Below are positions 1-8,779 of a stretch of DNA of 64,000 nt, one piece after another. How positions within the stretch are numbered: position 1 is the first letter of the stretch; each line of letters begins with the position of its first letter. The stretch is from Alphaproteobacteria bacterium (lineage in GTDB: Bacteria > Pseudomonadota > Alphaproteobacteria > Bin95), in contig CAXXWS020000002.1 of the NCBI GenBank assembly GCA_963665325.3, forward strand, positions 704,001 through 768,000, written 5' to 3'. Under the pieces are notes generated by a model. It had not been told where the DNA came from and did no database searches. It saw nothing but the letters and a program-made list of their open reading frames with translations. The position numbers and the translations under genes were made by a program.

Positions 1-2
1 CC

Positions 3-305
3 AGAGCCGATGGCGGAGATGTTGGTAGTGGGACGGGAATCGAGTTAAATGCTTCGGTAAGCTGGGAAACATTGGAGGGATTGTTTCTTACAGGCTCGGG
101 CAGCCATGTATTGGATTCGGATAATGAGTTCAATGCATACGCTATCGGCGCTGAATGGCAAACCGGATTCGGCCGTCCGTCGGTTTCCTGGAATCGGGAA
201 AACTACAGCCTTGGATGGTCCAGGGAGTTCAGCGGTGGTGTGTTGGGCATAAACACTATACCCGATGAGCAAGCCATGAGATTGGACCTTTCTTTGAGGT
301 TCTGA
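3..305 (+). CDS. C-terminal part of an outer-membrane beta-barrel/autotransporter-like protein (5' truncated by window edge)
   Basis: Frame is open from base 3 (RADGGDVGSGTGIELNASVSWE...). It has alternating amphipathic strands and ends in a terminal Phe (LDLSLRF), typical of a BAM beta-signal. Confidence 0.55.
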   Translation, partial: RADGGDVGSGTGIELNASVSWETLEGLFLTGSGSHVLDSDNEFNAYAIGAEWQTGFGRPSVSWNRENYSLGWSREFSGGVLGINTIPDEQAMRLDLSLRF

Positions 306-680
306 TATCCCTTTCAGAAGATGGGGGCTTCGGGCAAAGGATCTCGGGTATAGGTAAGGACGACAGCCGACCGCGGGCCGGTGAAGCGGAGCCCGGTCGA
401 AGCGTTCCTTTCCTGCCTGTCCGATTGTGTTGACGCTTTGGAGTGAAGCCCTCGAAGCTATTGGGGGGAATGGCAACCAGTATGGCGGAGTGCGATAGGG
501 CGAAAATGGCATGACGGATGCGAAGCGGGATGTCGACGAAGACGGTTTTCTGGAGAAGAACCGGGAATAGTCTTATTGGCATGAGGGGGAGTAGGTCCGT
601 CGACCGGTCGGAAATCGGGCTTGACGCCAATCACCAGTGCCTATAGCTGGCAAGTACCGAAGTGGCAGAGAGGGGACGCT

Positions 681-1397
681 GTGCCAAAGCCTATATCCAC
701 CCCGACCGCGAGGCAGGGTATCCAGATCGGCGACAGGTTGATGGTCGAATGCGAAGACGGGCTTTTCTACAAGTCGGTCGTTATCGGGTTGTCGGAAAAG
801 AGCATAAACATCCTGTTCGACAGTGGGGGCGAACAAGCCGAAATAAGCCGGCAGGCGGCTACGGATCCTGTCAGGGGGATATGTGCGCTCGATCAGCGGG
901 AATGGCTCGATGCAGGCCTTTCCGGCGAGAAAGCAGACCAATTGTTGCAAGCGGAGCATTCAGGGCAAGGGGATTTCCCCGGAATGGAGAGCGCAGCGCC
1001 GCAAGGCCGTCCGCGCCGCCGGCGGCGGACGCGCGAGGAAATCGCGGCAAACAAGGCAAACGCTCCCGCCAGCTTGGAGCATAATCGACCGTCCGGCGTC
1101 GTGGACGGCATGGGGGGCCAGCTAAAGGGCTACCGAAACAAGCTGGCGGCTCTCCCGACACTGACGCTCGAGAGCATGATGGCCGTTTTCAGGAAGGCGA
1201 ACCCGGACGACCTGACAGAAGCGCAAAGCGCTATCTATGGCGAGTTCCACGATATGCGCCAGCTTGAAGAAGCGTTCCCCGATAAACTGCCGTCGCTGGA
1301 TCCGAACGATTATGACGCCTGCCGGGCAATGAATCAGGAAAGCACGACCGATGATCTGCTGGCACCCACAATGTATGAGAGAACCAATGCGGTATAG
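681..1397 (+). CDS. hypothetical protein with N-terminal Tudor/SH3-like barrel
   Basis: GTG at 681 after AGAGGGGA (ORF track starts at 621). The segment IGDRLMVECEDGLFYKSVVIGLSEKSINILFDSGGEQAEIS has a Tudor/Agenet-like pattern. A terminator-like hairpin follows. Confidence 0.55.
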   Translation: MPKPISTPTARQGIQIGDRLMVECEDGLFYKSVVIGLSEKSINILFDSGGEQAEISRQAATDPVRGICALDQREWLDAGLSGEKADQLLQAEHSGQGDFPGMESAAPQGRPRRRRRTREEIAANKANAPASLEHNRPSGVVDGMGGQLKGYRNKLAALPTLTLESMMAVFRKANPDDLTEAQSAIYGEFHDMRQLEEAFPDKLPSLDPNDYDACRAMNQESTTDDLLAPTMYERTNAV

Positions 1398-1419
1398 CCT
1401 CCAAAGGGCATATCGTTCC

Positions 1420-1446
1420 AAGGGGAGGCTTCGGCTCTCCCTTTTT
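1420..1446 (+). terminator. putative rho-independent terminator
   Basis: Hairpin AAGGGGAGGC-TTCG-GCTCTCCC followed by TTTTT. Confidence 0.6.
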
Positions 1447-1637
1447 GGTTCAGCAAGAAGGGCCGAAAGGCTTTAAGACGCTCAGACGCATATTCTGGCT
1501 CAACTTCAACAGCACGGACAAAAAGCCGGGCACCGCTCTTCCTGCCGGTCTCCCGGAGGCGGCCGGCTCCAGGCGGAGCGCGAGGTGGGCGCGTCGGGTG
1601 TGTGAACCACGCGCCGAAGGGCAGGCTCGGCACTCCA

Positions 1638-2948
1638 TCAAAAGGTCTTCGAAAAACCGATTGTGGCACCCTGATTGCGCCAGGCGTTAATCGGGATACT
1701 GGAGCGGTTCCATTCGTGGAAATATCCGATATACGGAGCGAATCCTTGGAGTTGCAGTGCGCGGTGAAGCAAGTTCACGGAGAGGCGCGTCTGCCGGTCC
1801 GAGCGCGTCTTTCCGAAGAGAGGGGTTGCGCCGTCGTAGCGCCGCCAGTGCATGGCCATTCGGGGCGAGATGGAGAGGCCGCCTGCGAAGGCATGGGAGA
1901 CCCCGAAAGCGAAGCCGCCAAGCCGGCTGCCGTGACGGTCCTCGCGGGCCCCGAGATGTTCGAGGTCGAGTTCGACCCGGAACGTCGTCCGGGAGTCGAG
2001 TGCGTAGTCGAGGCCGGGCCGCAGGGTAACGGTCCAGCCGTTCAGCCCGGGATGGTCCCGATGGCCGCGGCGCTCCGCGTTGAGCGCGGCGTCGAGCCGC
2101 AAGGCCGGCGACAGGCGCACGCGGCCGCGCACCCAGGGGCCGATCCCGTCGCTGTAGCGCTTTCCGCCCAGCCATCGCCGGCTGAGGCGAAGGCCGCCGG
2201 ATGCGCTCCCCCGATCAAACAGCCGCGCGGCCCCGATATCGCTTTGGACCGAGATATCGTTCCAGTCGGATTTCTCGTAGAGCTTTGCCGCCGCCGAAGC
2301 CGCCAGCACGCCGCGCCAGTCGTCGGCAAGGACGGACGAATATTGTGCGCCCGTGCCGAGCAGCAAGCCCGTTCCGGATGCTTCGCGGGCATCCTCGTCG
2401 AGACGGAACGGCACGCCGCCGATACGTATTTCGTCGTCATCCGTGCGCTTTGCCGGATTGCTCTCCGGCAGAATCGCCGCGGAGATCGAGGCCGACCATC
2501 GCTTGCGGGCATCGATCCGGTCGAGCCACGCCTCCACCGCCTTCTCGACGGAAGATGGCAGTTCATCCGCGAGCGAAGCCTCGAAATGGAACCGGGCTTT
2601 TCCGTCGCGTCCGAGCAGGCCGTAGACGCGGGCCAGTTCGAGCCTGGCCCGCGTCAGCTCCGGGCGGAGAGCCAGGACCGCCTCGAAACGCCGGGCGGCG
2701 TCGCGCAGACGCCCGAGCCGGGCTTCTGCGCTGCCCAGCAGGAACAGCCGCTCAATATCTTCTTCCTCGTCGCCGGGTCGTGCCTGCTCCAGGAATGCAT
2801 GCGCGTCGCGGAAACGGCCGGCATCGAACAGAAGCCGACCGAACTGCATGTCGTCAGGCACGTTCCGAACATCGGCCGTTTGGCCGAGCGCAGTCGCGGC
2901 GAACAGCAGCGCCGCCGCGACCGCAGCCGGGAGTGCGCCCGCGCGCAC
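1638..2948 (-). CDS. Slam-family surface lipoprotein assembly modifier (TPR + DUF560 beta-barrel; type XI secretion)
   Basis: Signal peptide, TPR repeats (ERLFLLG...RARLELAR), a barrel starting WSASISAAILPESN, and C-terminal GFSKTF. Lies directly downstream of a TbpB-like lipoprotein. Confidence 0.85.
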   Translation of the reverse strand: MRAGALPAAVAAALLFAATALGQTADVRNVPDDMQFGRLLFDAGRFRDAHAFLEQARPGDEEEDIERLFLLGSAEARLGRLRDAARRFEAVLALRPELTRARLELARVYGLLGRDGKARFHFEASLADELPSSVEKAVEAWLDRIDARKRWSASISAAILPESNPAKRTDDDEIRIGGVPFRLDEDAREASGTGLLLGTGAQYSSVLADDWRGVLAASAAAKLYEKSDWNDISVQSDIGAARLFDRGSASGGLRLSRRWLGGKRYSDGIGPWVRGRVRLSPALRLDAALNAERRGHRDHPGLNGWTVTLRPGLDYALDSRTTFRVELDLEHLGAREDRHGSRLGGFAFGVSHAFAGGLSISPRMAMHWRRYDGATPLFGKTRSDRQTRLSVNLLHRALQLQGFAPYIGYFHEWNRSSIPINAWRNQGATIGFSKTF

Positions 2949-2960
2949 CTGCGGGCGGCG

Positions 2961-4787
2961 CTACTGGCGGGCACCGCCGAACCAGCCGTGAAGCAGCTTG
3001 CCGTCCGCTCCCGTCGCCTGCATGACGCCGGCGGCCTCGGCGACGGCTGGCCCGTAGAAGGCGCCCGAGACGGTGCCGTCATAACCCAGACCCGACAGGC
3101 TGCCCGACAGGGCGTTCCCCTCGATGGCGCCGTTGAAGATCGTGAACTCGCCGGCAGTCGCCTGGTACGATTCACGCTGGAAGTAGCCCGGGCTATGCTC
3201 CAGATCCGAAATGCGCCCGGAGACGCTGCCCGCCGCGAAGTCCGCCGACAGGGTCAGCGATCCGCTATAGCCCTCGGCGTAGTTGGAGGAGGCGCGCCCC
3301 TCTCCCGGGGCCGGTGCGAAGACATAGGCGGCCGCCTTGCCGGCATAGGTCGCCGTTCCCGTCTGCGGCATGCTGGCGGAGGCGGTCCTGGTTCCGTGGA
3401 CAACCGATTCCCAACTAAAGGAGTCTGCCGAACTCGTGGTCCCATCGGGGTAAACTCCGACCAGCCAGTCCTTCACGTTGTAGTGCTGTCCTTGCGGCAC
3501 CCGGTCCGCGTAGTGCGGGCGCCGGAACCAGGCCAACAAGGTGCCGGTTCTTTTCTGATAAACCTCGGCCCTGCTTCCGGTGCCGATGTCATCGACGCTC
3601 ATGGACACGGTCTGTAGCGTCCCGTCAACCAGATAGGAGATCGTGTATCCGCCGGCATTATCCGCTTCGATGGCCGTGATCCGGTTGTTCGCGTCCTGAG
3701 CCACAATGCGGGGCGATGCCGAGTTGTAGCCGAGGCGGTTTACGCCGGCCTGCAACGGCTCATTGTCGGTGTGTTCGCCGACGACATCCGCACGTGTGCC
3801 GCCGAGATATCCTATCACTGCCCAATCGTCGTCGTCGCCGCCGGCGCGGGCCGCAGTGAGAGACGCGCCGAACTCGCGCGCGTTCGGCCCGTAGAACTGG
3901 CCCGATACATCGCCGGCGAACCCGCGCACGCTGTCGCCCAGAGGCACATTCGCATCGTCGTCCACACCCGTCAGGGTGGCCGTAAACCCATCGTTGGCGA
4001 TCTCGCCATCGGAGATTTCGAGCCGCGTGGTCGAAGCGAGGTTCCGGTAATCGGACTCGCCCGGCCCTCGTATCCTCAGACGGAAAATGCGTCCGTCCAA
4101 AGTCGCATCCGCAAAGTCAGCCGTCAGCACCAGATTGCCTTGAACCCGGGAACGGGCGACCGAGGTGGAGACGGAGTCGAGAGTATTGTCATAGGCGTCG
4201 GCGTGCATCCGCCCGATGTAGGTCGCGGTTCCCGTCGGCATGTCCTCCGGACCGGTCGGGATGCCGTAAGTCCAGACAAGCCTTGCCCCGTCCGGATGAT
4301 GGGAACCGAGAACATCGAAATAATCGAATTCCGACCCGATGCCATAGTTCTCACCGTCGAACGATCCGGCAGAGCTCCAGAACCAGTACTGTCGGCCGTC
4401 TACGTCCTTGGTATAGGAGGTTGTGTCCCGGGTTGCGAAGTCGCCCTTCGAGAAGTGCACGGTCGTTTCGGTGCCGTCGATGACATAGGTCACATGGAAT
4501 CCGTTGTCGCCGTCGCTCGCCACGGAGGAGATCGAGAAACGGTCGCCCACGGAAGCCCTGTCGGCACTGTAGTCGAACTCGAGCGCCTTCGAGACGGCCC
4601 CGAACATTTCGGTCGGATCCGGAACGAGCTCGGCCAGGGTCGGCGCCGGAGGCGTGGCGGGCGGCAGCGGCATCGGGCCGCCTGTCTTGCCGGCAGTGCT
4701 TCCTCCCCCGCCTCCACAGCCGGCAAGGGCGAGCACGGCAACGAGCGGAAGGGCAATCGAGGTCTTGCGCAGGACGGTAAAAGTCAT
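2961..4787 (-). CDS. bilobed TbpB/transferrin-binding-protein-like surface lipoprotein
   Basis: Lipobox LALAGC with a Gly-rich linker. Two lobes each carry MPxGTATYxG...L(V/T)LxADF...GxFYGP motifs. Ends in GWFGGARQ. Confidence 0.8.
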   Translation of the reverse strand: MTFTVLRKTSIALPLVAVLALAGCGGGGGSTAGKTGGPMPLPPATPPAPTLAELVPDPTEMFGAVSKALEFDYSADRASVGDRFSISSVASDGDNGFHVTYVIDGTETTVHFSKGDFATRDTTSYTKDVDGRQYWFWSSAGSFDGENYGIGSEFDYFDVLGSHHPDGARLVWTYGIPTGPEDMPTGTATYIGRMHADAYDNTLDSVSTSVARSRVQGNLVLTADFADATLDGRIFRLRIRGPGESDYRNLASTTRLEISDGEIANDGFTATLTGVDDDANVPLGDSVRGFAGDVSGQFYGPNAREFGASLTAARAGGDDDDWAVIGYLGGTRADVVGEHTDNEPLQAGVNRLGYNSASPRIVAQDANNRITAIEADNAGGYTISYLVDGTLQTVSMSVDDIGTGSRAEVYQKRTGTLLAWFRRPHYADRVPQGQHYNVKDWLVGVYPDGTTSSADSFSWESVVHGTRTASASMPQTGTATYAGKAAAYVFAPAPGEGRASSNYAEGYSGSLTLSADFAAGSVSGRISDLEHSPGYFQRESYQATAGEFTIFNGAIEGNALSGSLSGLGYDGTVSGAFYGPAVAEAAGVMQATGADGKLLHGWFGGARQ

Positions 4788-5148
4788 CGCGAAAGCTCCT
4801 GTTCGGGATTGAGAGAAAGGCGGCTGACAAACGGTATCCGATCGGCCTGACGCAGGATGTGCAGGCCGGGCCGGGGGCGCAGCGGGATCGATAGGGTGGA
4901 GTGAGTGCGGTTCCGCCGAACGGCGCGTGGCGGCAAAAAACGAACTGCGGTTGGACCGGTCGCAGTGAGGCCGGGCGTCCGAATGCCGACAACTGCGCGG
5001 CAATATGTCCGTTCCGCCCAAGGCGAACGAAATACGGGACGCCGCCGTCTGCTACGGCGGCAAAGGGCTTCGGAAGGGAGGAGGTGCCGGTCTCGGCGAC
5101 CGGGAGTGCGGGACTGCCCTAGCGGGCTACAACATGCGCTGACATCAA

Positions 5149-5276
5149 GAGGCGCGAGGCGCGAGGCGCGAGGCGCGAGGCGCGAGGCGCGAGGCGCGAG
5201 GCGCGAGGCGCGAGGCGCGAGGCGCGAGGCGCGAGGCGCGAGGCGCGAGGCGCGAGGCGCGAGGCGCGAGGCGCGA
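5149..5276 (+). repeat. perfect 7-bp tandem repeat (GAGGCGC)x18 + GA
   Basis: Counted directly in the sequence. Confidence 0.95.
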
Positions 5277-5287
5277 TTCTACCCGCT

Positions 5288-5554
5288 ATGCCAACCGACA
5301 GCATCAAACCCTGTCGTCCCCTCTCTGACTTCGACTGGAATATAGTCAGCCTCTCCGGGCCGGCGCAAGCTCGAAGTGCCGTTAGCTTTGGGTTCGGGTT
5401 CACCGCCGCGGACGATGGCGGGCGCGAGGTGTTCGTCCATTACCGCGCCCTGTCGCGCGCCGGCCTGGAGATACTGGAACCCGGAGAGCGCGTGAGCTTC
5501 CGGATCGAAGAGGTCCCGCGCGGCCTTCAGGCCAGCGACATCGCGCCGGTCTGA
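5288..5554 (+). pseudogene. cold-shock domain (CspA-like) fragment lacking the canonical N-terminus
   Basis: FGF..DDGGREVFVHYRAL...LEPGERVSFRIEEVPRGLQASDI matches RNP1/RNP2 and the C-terminal CSD. GTVKWF is absent in frame. Confidence 0.6.
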
Positions 5555-5575
5555 CGCCGCCGGCGCCATTGTCCT

Positions 5576-6025
5576 TCAGAGCAGCTCGCCCTGCGGGCGG
5601 GGCTCCACGCCGGATGTCCCGGACTTCTCCGGCTCCTCCGGCGCCAGGGCCGCGGCGACCCGCTTCGCAGCCGCTTCGCCGACCGCAGGCGCCAGGACCG
5701 CGCACAACTCCGCCGCCCGGCCCGAAGCGGCAAGCTCGCCCGCCCAGGCGGCAAACAGCACGGCAAGCCGCTCATGCAGCCCGGAGCGCAAAATGCCGCG
5801 ACCGCTCTTCCCGGACAGAAAGGGCCGCAGATGGCGCACGGCCTCCAGCAGGCCGCGTTCGCCCTCGAGCGTCCGGCCCCCCGCCTCCGCCAGCGCCGCG
5901 TCCACAAGATAGCGCGAGATCGATTTCCCCTGCCCCCGCGCCCGGTCTTCCGCCAGCGCCCATTCCTCGTCCGTCGCCGAGATCGAAAGCCGCACAAGCG
6001 CCGAACCGGGCAGCGGGCGGCTCAT
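5576..6025 (-). CDS. ribbon-helix-helix (CopG/MobC-like) DNA-binding protein
   Basis: RLSISATDEEWALAEDRARGQGKSISRYLVDAAL has an RHH pattern. Start overlaps the upstream stop (ATGA). Confidence 0.65.
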   Translation of the reverse strand: MSRPLPGSALVRLSISATDEEWALAEDRARGQGKSISRYLVDAALAEAGGRTLEGERGLLEAVRHLRPFLSGKSGRGILRSGLHERLAVLFAAWAGELAASGRAAELCAVLAPAVGEAAAKRVAAALAPEEPEKSGTSGVEPRPQGELL

Positions 6026-6318
6026 CTCCCGCCGTCCTTCGGCGCCGCTTCTTCCGGGCTGCCTTCATCGGCCACGGCGCCGCGTATCATGTCCGCGAAA
6101 CCGATCAGCCGGCGGACCCCGTCATGCAGTTCGGCCCGTTCCGCCTCCGACAGGCCGGGAGCCTCTCCCTTGCCGCCGCCGTCCCCCAGCGCCCGCTCCA
6201 GCACGAAGGACGAAACCGACACTCCCGCCGCTGCCGCCCGCTCACCGAGCGTATCCCGCTCCCCCGGGCTGCAATACACGCTGCGGGGACGTTTCGCAGT
6301 CTCGGCTCTTCTCCGCAT
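6022..6318 (-). CDS. ribbon-helix-helix (MobC-like) DNA-binding protein
   Basis: GGAGG RBS before ATG 6318. RSVYCSPGERDTLGERAAAAGVSVSSFVLERAL has an RHH pattern. Confidence 0.65.
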   Translation of the reverse strand: MRRRAETAKRPRSVYCSPGERDTLGERAAAAGVSVSSFVLERALGDGGGKGEAPGLSEAERAELHDGVRRLIGFADMIRGAVADEGSPEEAAPKDGGR

Positions 6319-6422
6319 GCCGCAGTCCTCCAGTATACGCTCCGGGCTCTGCAACGGCTTCCCTTGCGGCGTCCTCACTGCGCCGACACCCTCCGGCCCG
6401 GACAACCGGCCGCATCCCGCAC

Positions 6423-6642
6423 ATTGTGGCGTAACAGCACAAGATTGTCGACCTTATGGCGCAACGACACAAGCCCGGCGCCTCCATGCACGACGATGCA
6501 GAGACTTTATGGTGTTGCGCCATAAGAGCGCCGGTCTTGTGGCGTGGCAACACAAGACCCGCTCCGTTTATGGCGCAATGACACAAGACATCCTTATGGC
6601 GCAGCACCATAAGGCGGCAGGCTTGTGGCGCAACTACACAAG
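6423..6642. repeat. array of 7 quasi-palindromic sites TTRTG-N9-CAYAA (about 30-bp period)
   Basis: Cores start at 6424, 6454, 6507 (inverted), 6537, 6568, 6594 and 6623. Confidence 0.85.
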
Positions 6643-6712
6643 CATCGCCGCGCCCGCCCGGTCAAGGGCATTGACGGACCCTTTCGGGCATGAAACACAG
6701 GATCGATATGAC

Positions 6713-6773
6713 TGTTCCCCGGTGGAACACAGGAGCACCACATCAATGTGGTATCCATGTTCACATGGATACC
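6713..6773. repeat. cluster of short palindromes (TGTTCC-N5-GGAACA; ACCACAT-CA-ATGTGGT; GGTATCCATGT-TC-ACATGGATACC)
   Basis: Read directly; the last has perfect 11-bp arms at 6750-6773. Confidence 0.7.
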
Positions 6774-7124
6774 CATGGTCCCGTGCATCATCATCCGCGA
6801 CTCCACAAAGCCGCCACATGGAACACGACGTTCAGGGCGGAAGTCGATGCAAATCCTCGACATGAGGATTGGGTGCTCCGGAGATACGGCGCGACTGCCT
6901 CCCGGTCCCACACTCAGCGCCCGCAGGCGCCACGCCCGGTGCTCCTGTTGTATGTCATAAAATCCCCAATCTGCAACTGCAATGCGATTCCTACCACGAT
7001 CTCATACAGCATAATCGTGACACAAGGCGCTTGCATCGACCCCCGTAATGCCTTATTGTGGCTCACCTTATGAGGAAGGCAGCGCTTCAATCCACGGGTG
7101 TCCCTATAGTCCTGAACTGAGGTT

Positions 7125-7268
7125 TTATTGGCACACCAGCACGATGTGCTCGGCGAGCGCGGCCGCCAGGGCCTCGCGGTCCCCGGCGGACAGTTCCTGG
7201 CGCAGGTCGAGGCCCTCGATCTCCGCTCCGAGGGAAGGATGCAAAGGCTTCGGCGTCGGGATGCTCAT
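7125..7268 (-). pseudogene. truncated TauD/TfdA dioxygenase (first 47 aa only)
   Basis: GAGGAGG RBS. MSIPTPKPLHPSLGAEIEGLDLRQELSAGDREALAAALAEHIVLV matches the TauD N-terminus, then CQ* in unrelated AT-richer sequence. Confidence 0.75.
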
Positions 7269-7279
7269 GGCGGGCCTCC

Positions 7280-8770
7280 TCATTCGTCTCCGCGGCTGCG
7301 GCGCGCGGCCATTCGGGCGGCGATGGCGGGCCAGGCGAGGCCCAGGACCGCCAGCGCGAAGAAGCCGCAGACAATCGGGCTCTCCAGCAGCCGCAGCCAG
7401 TCATTATCGTACATGATCATCGACTGGCTGAGCGTCTCTTCCAGCATCCTGCCGAGAATGAGGCCCATGACCAGCGGGGCCGCGCCGAAGCCGTGCCGGC
7501 GCATGAGAAAGCCGACCGCGCCGGAGAGCAGCATGATCCAGACATCGAAGAAGGAGCCGCTCAGGCTGTAGGCACCGATCACCGAGAAACCGAACACCAT
7601 GGGCCAGAGGAAGGTGCGCGGGATGAGCGTGATCCGCGCGAAGACCTTCGCGCCCACAAGGCCGATGATGAGGAAGGCGACATTGCCGACCGCCATGGCG
7701 CCGAAGATGGCATAGACGAACTCGGGCGTATTCTGGATGAGATAGGGCCCGGGGCGAAATCCGTGTGCGATGAGCGCGGCCAGGATGAGCGCCGTCGTGC
7801 CGCTGCCGGGTATGCCGAGGGCGAGCGTCGGTACCATGGCGCCGCCGGTCGCGGCATTGTTGGCGGCCTCGGGGCCGGCGATGCCCTCCGGCACGCCGGT
7901 GCCGAACTCGTGCTTGCGCCGGGACCACCGCTTGGCTTCGTTGTAGCCCATGATGGCGGCAACCGTGCTGCCTTCCGCAGGCAGGATGCCGATGAAGGTG
8001 CCGATGCCGCTGGAGCGCAGCACCGTGCCGGTGACGGCGCGAATGTCTTCCCTGCTCGGCAGCTTCACGACCACGGACTTGATGCGCTCCAGCGCCATGT
8101 CCGCCGTCTGGCTCTGGACGAGCATTTCCGAGACGGCGAAAAGGCCGATCAGAACCGGCACGAACTCCACGCCTTCGGTCAGTTCGTGAAAGCCGAAGGT
8201 AAATCGCTCGATCCCGGTGCCGAGATGCGTGCCGATGGTGCTGATGAGCACGCCCACGGCTCCGGCAATCAGGTTGCGCAGCGACGACCGGCCGCTGATC
8301 GAAGCGAGCATGCTGAGCGCGAAGACGGTGAGCGCGAAATATTCCGGCGGCCGGAACGACACCGCCACCTTTGCGAGCAGCGGCGTGGCGACGATGAAAA
8401 CGACCAGGGAGAGAAGGCCGCCCGTGACGCTGGAGACCGCCGCGAGTCCGAGCGCACGCCCTGCTTCGCCGCGCCGGGCCATGGGATAGCCGTCGAATGC
8501 AGTGGCCACGGCCGGCGGCGCGCCCGGCGCATTGATGAGGATCGCGGTGATCGAGCCGCCGAACGTGCCGGCGCAATAGAGCGCCGCCATCATGCAGATC
8601 GCCGACACCGGCTCCAGCATGATCGTGAAGGGCAGCAGGAGCGCGATGGCGAGCGGCGAGGACAGGCCGGGCAGCGCGCCGAACAGCACGCCGATCAGCA
8701 CGCCCGCCATTACCAGCGCCATGTTGTAAAGGCTGAAAGCGAGCCCAAGACCTTCCAGGATCGGTTCCAT
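7280..8770 (-). CDS. tctA: tripartite tricarboxylate transporter permease TctA
   Basis: GALPGL, GGSITAILINAPG, PEAANNA and LALGIPG motifs; about 12 TM. Confidence 0.92.
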   Translation of the reverse strand: MEPILEGLGLAFSLYNMALVMAGVLIGVLFGALPGLSSPLAIALLLPFTIMLEPVSAICMMAALYCAGTFGGSITAILINAPGAPPAVATAFDGYPMARRGEAGRALGLAAVSSVTGGLLSLVVFIVATPLLAKVAVSFRPPEYFALTVFALSMLASISGRSSLRNLIAGAVGVLISTIGTHLGTGIERFTFGFHELTEGVEFVPVLIGLFAVSEMLVQSQTADMALERIKSVVVKLPSREDIRAVTGTVLRSSGIGTFIGILPAEGSTVAAIMGYNEAKRWSRRKHEFGTGVPEGIAGPEAANNAATGGAMVPTLALGIPGSGTTALILAALIAHGFRPGPYLIQNTPEFVYAIFGAMAVGNVAFLIIGLVGAKVFARITLIPRTFLWPMVFGFSVIGAYSLSGSFFDVWIMLLSGAVGFLMRRHGFGAAPLVMGLILGRMLEETLSQSMIMYDNDWLRLLESPIVCGFFALAVLGLAWPAIAARMAARRSRGDE

Positions 8771-8779
8771 GCGCGCCGT

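Noticed and set aside
4905-5403. ARGARRE/LAPRASR repeat proteins
   Set aside because: These are translations of the 7-bp DNA tandem repeat, with no independent coding evidence.
6423-6642. CRISPR array
   Set aside because: Repeats are degenerate 21-mers, mostly 5-10 bp apart, with one inverted. No spacer-length unique sequences and no cas genes.
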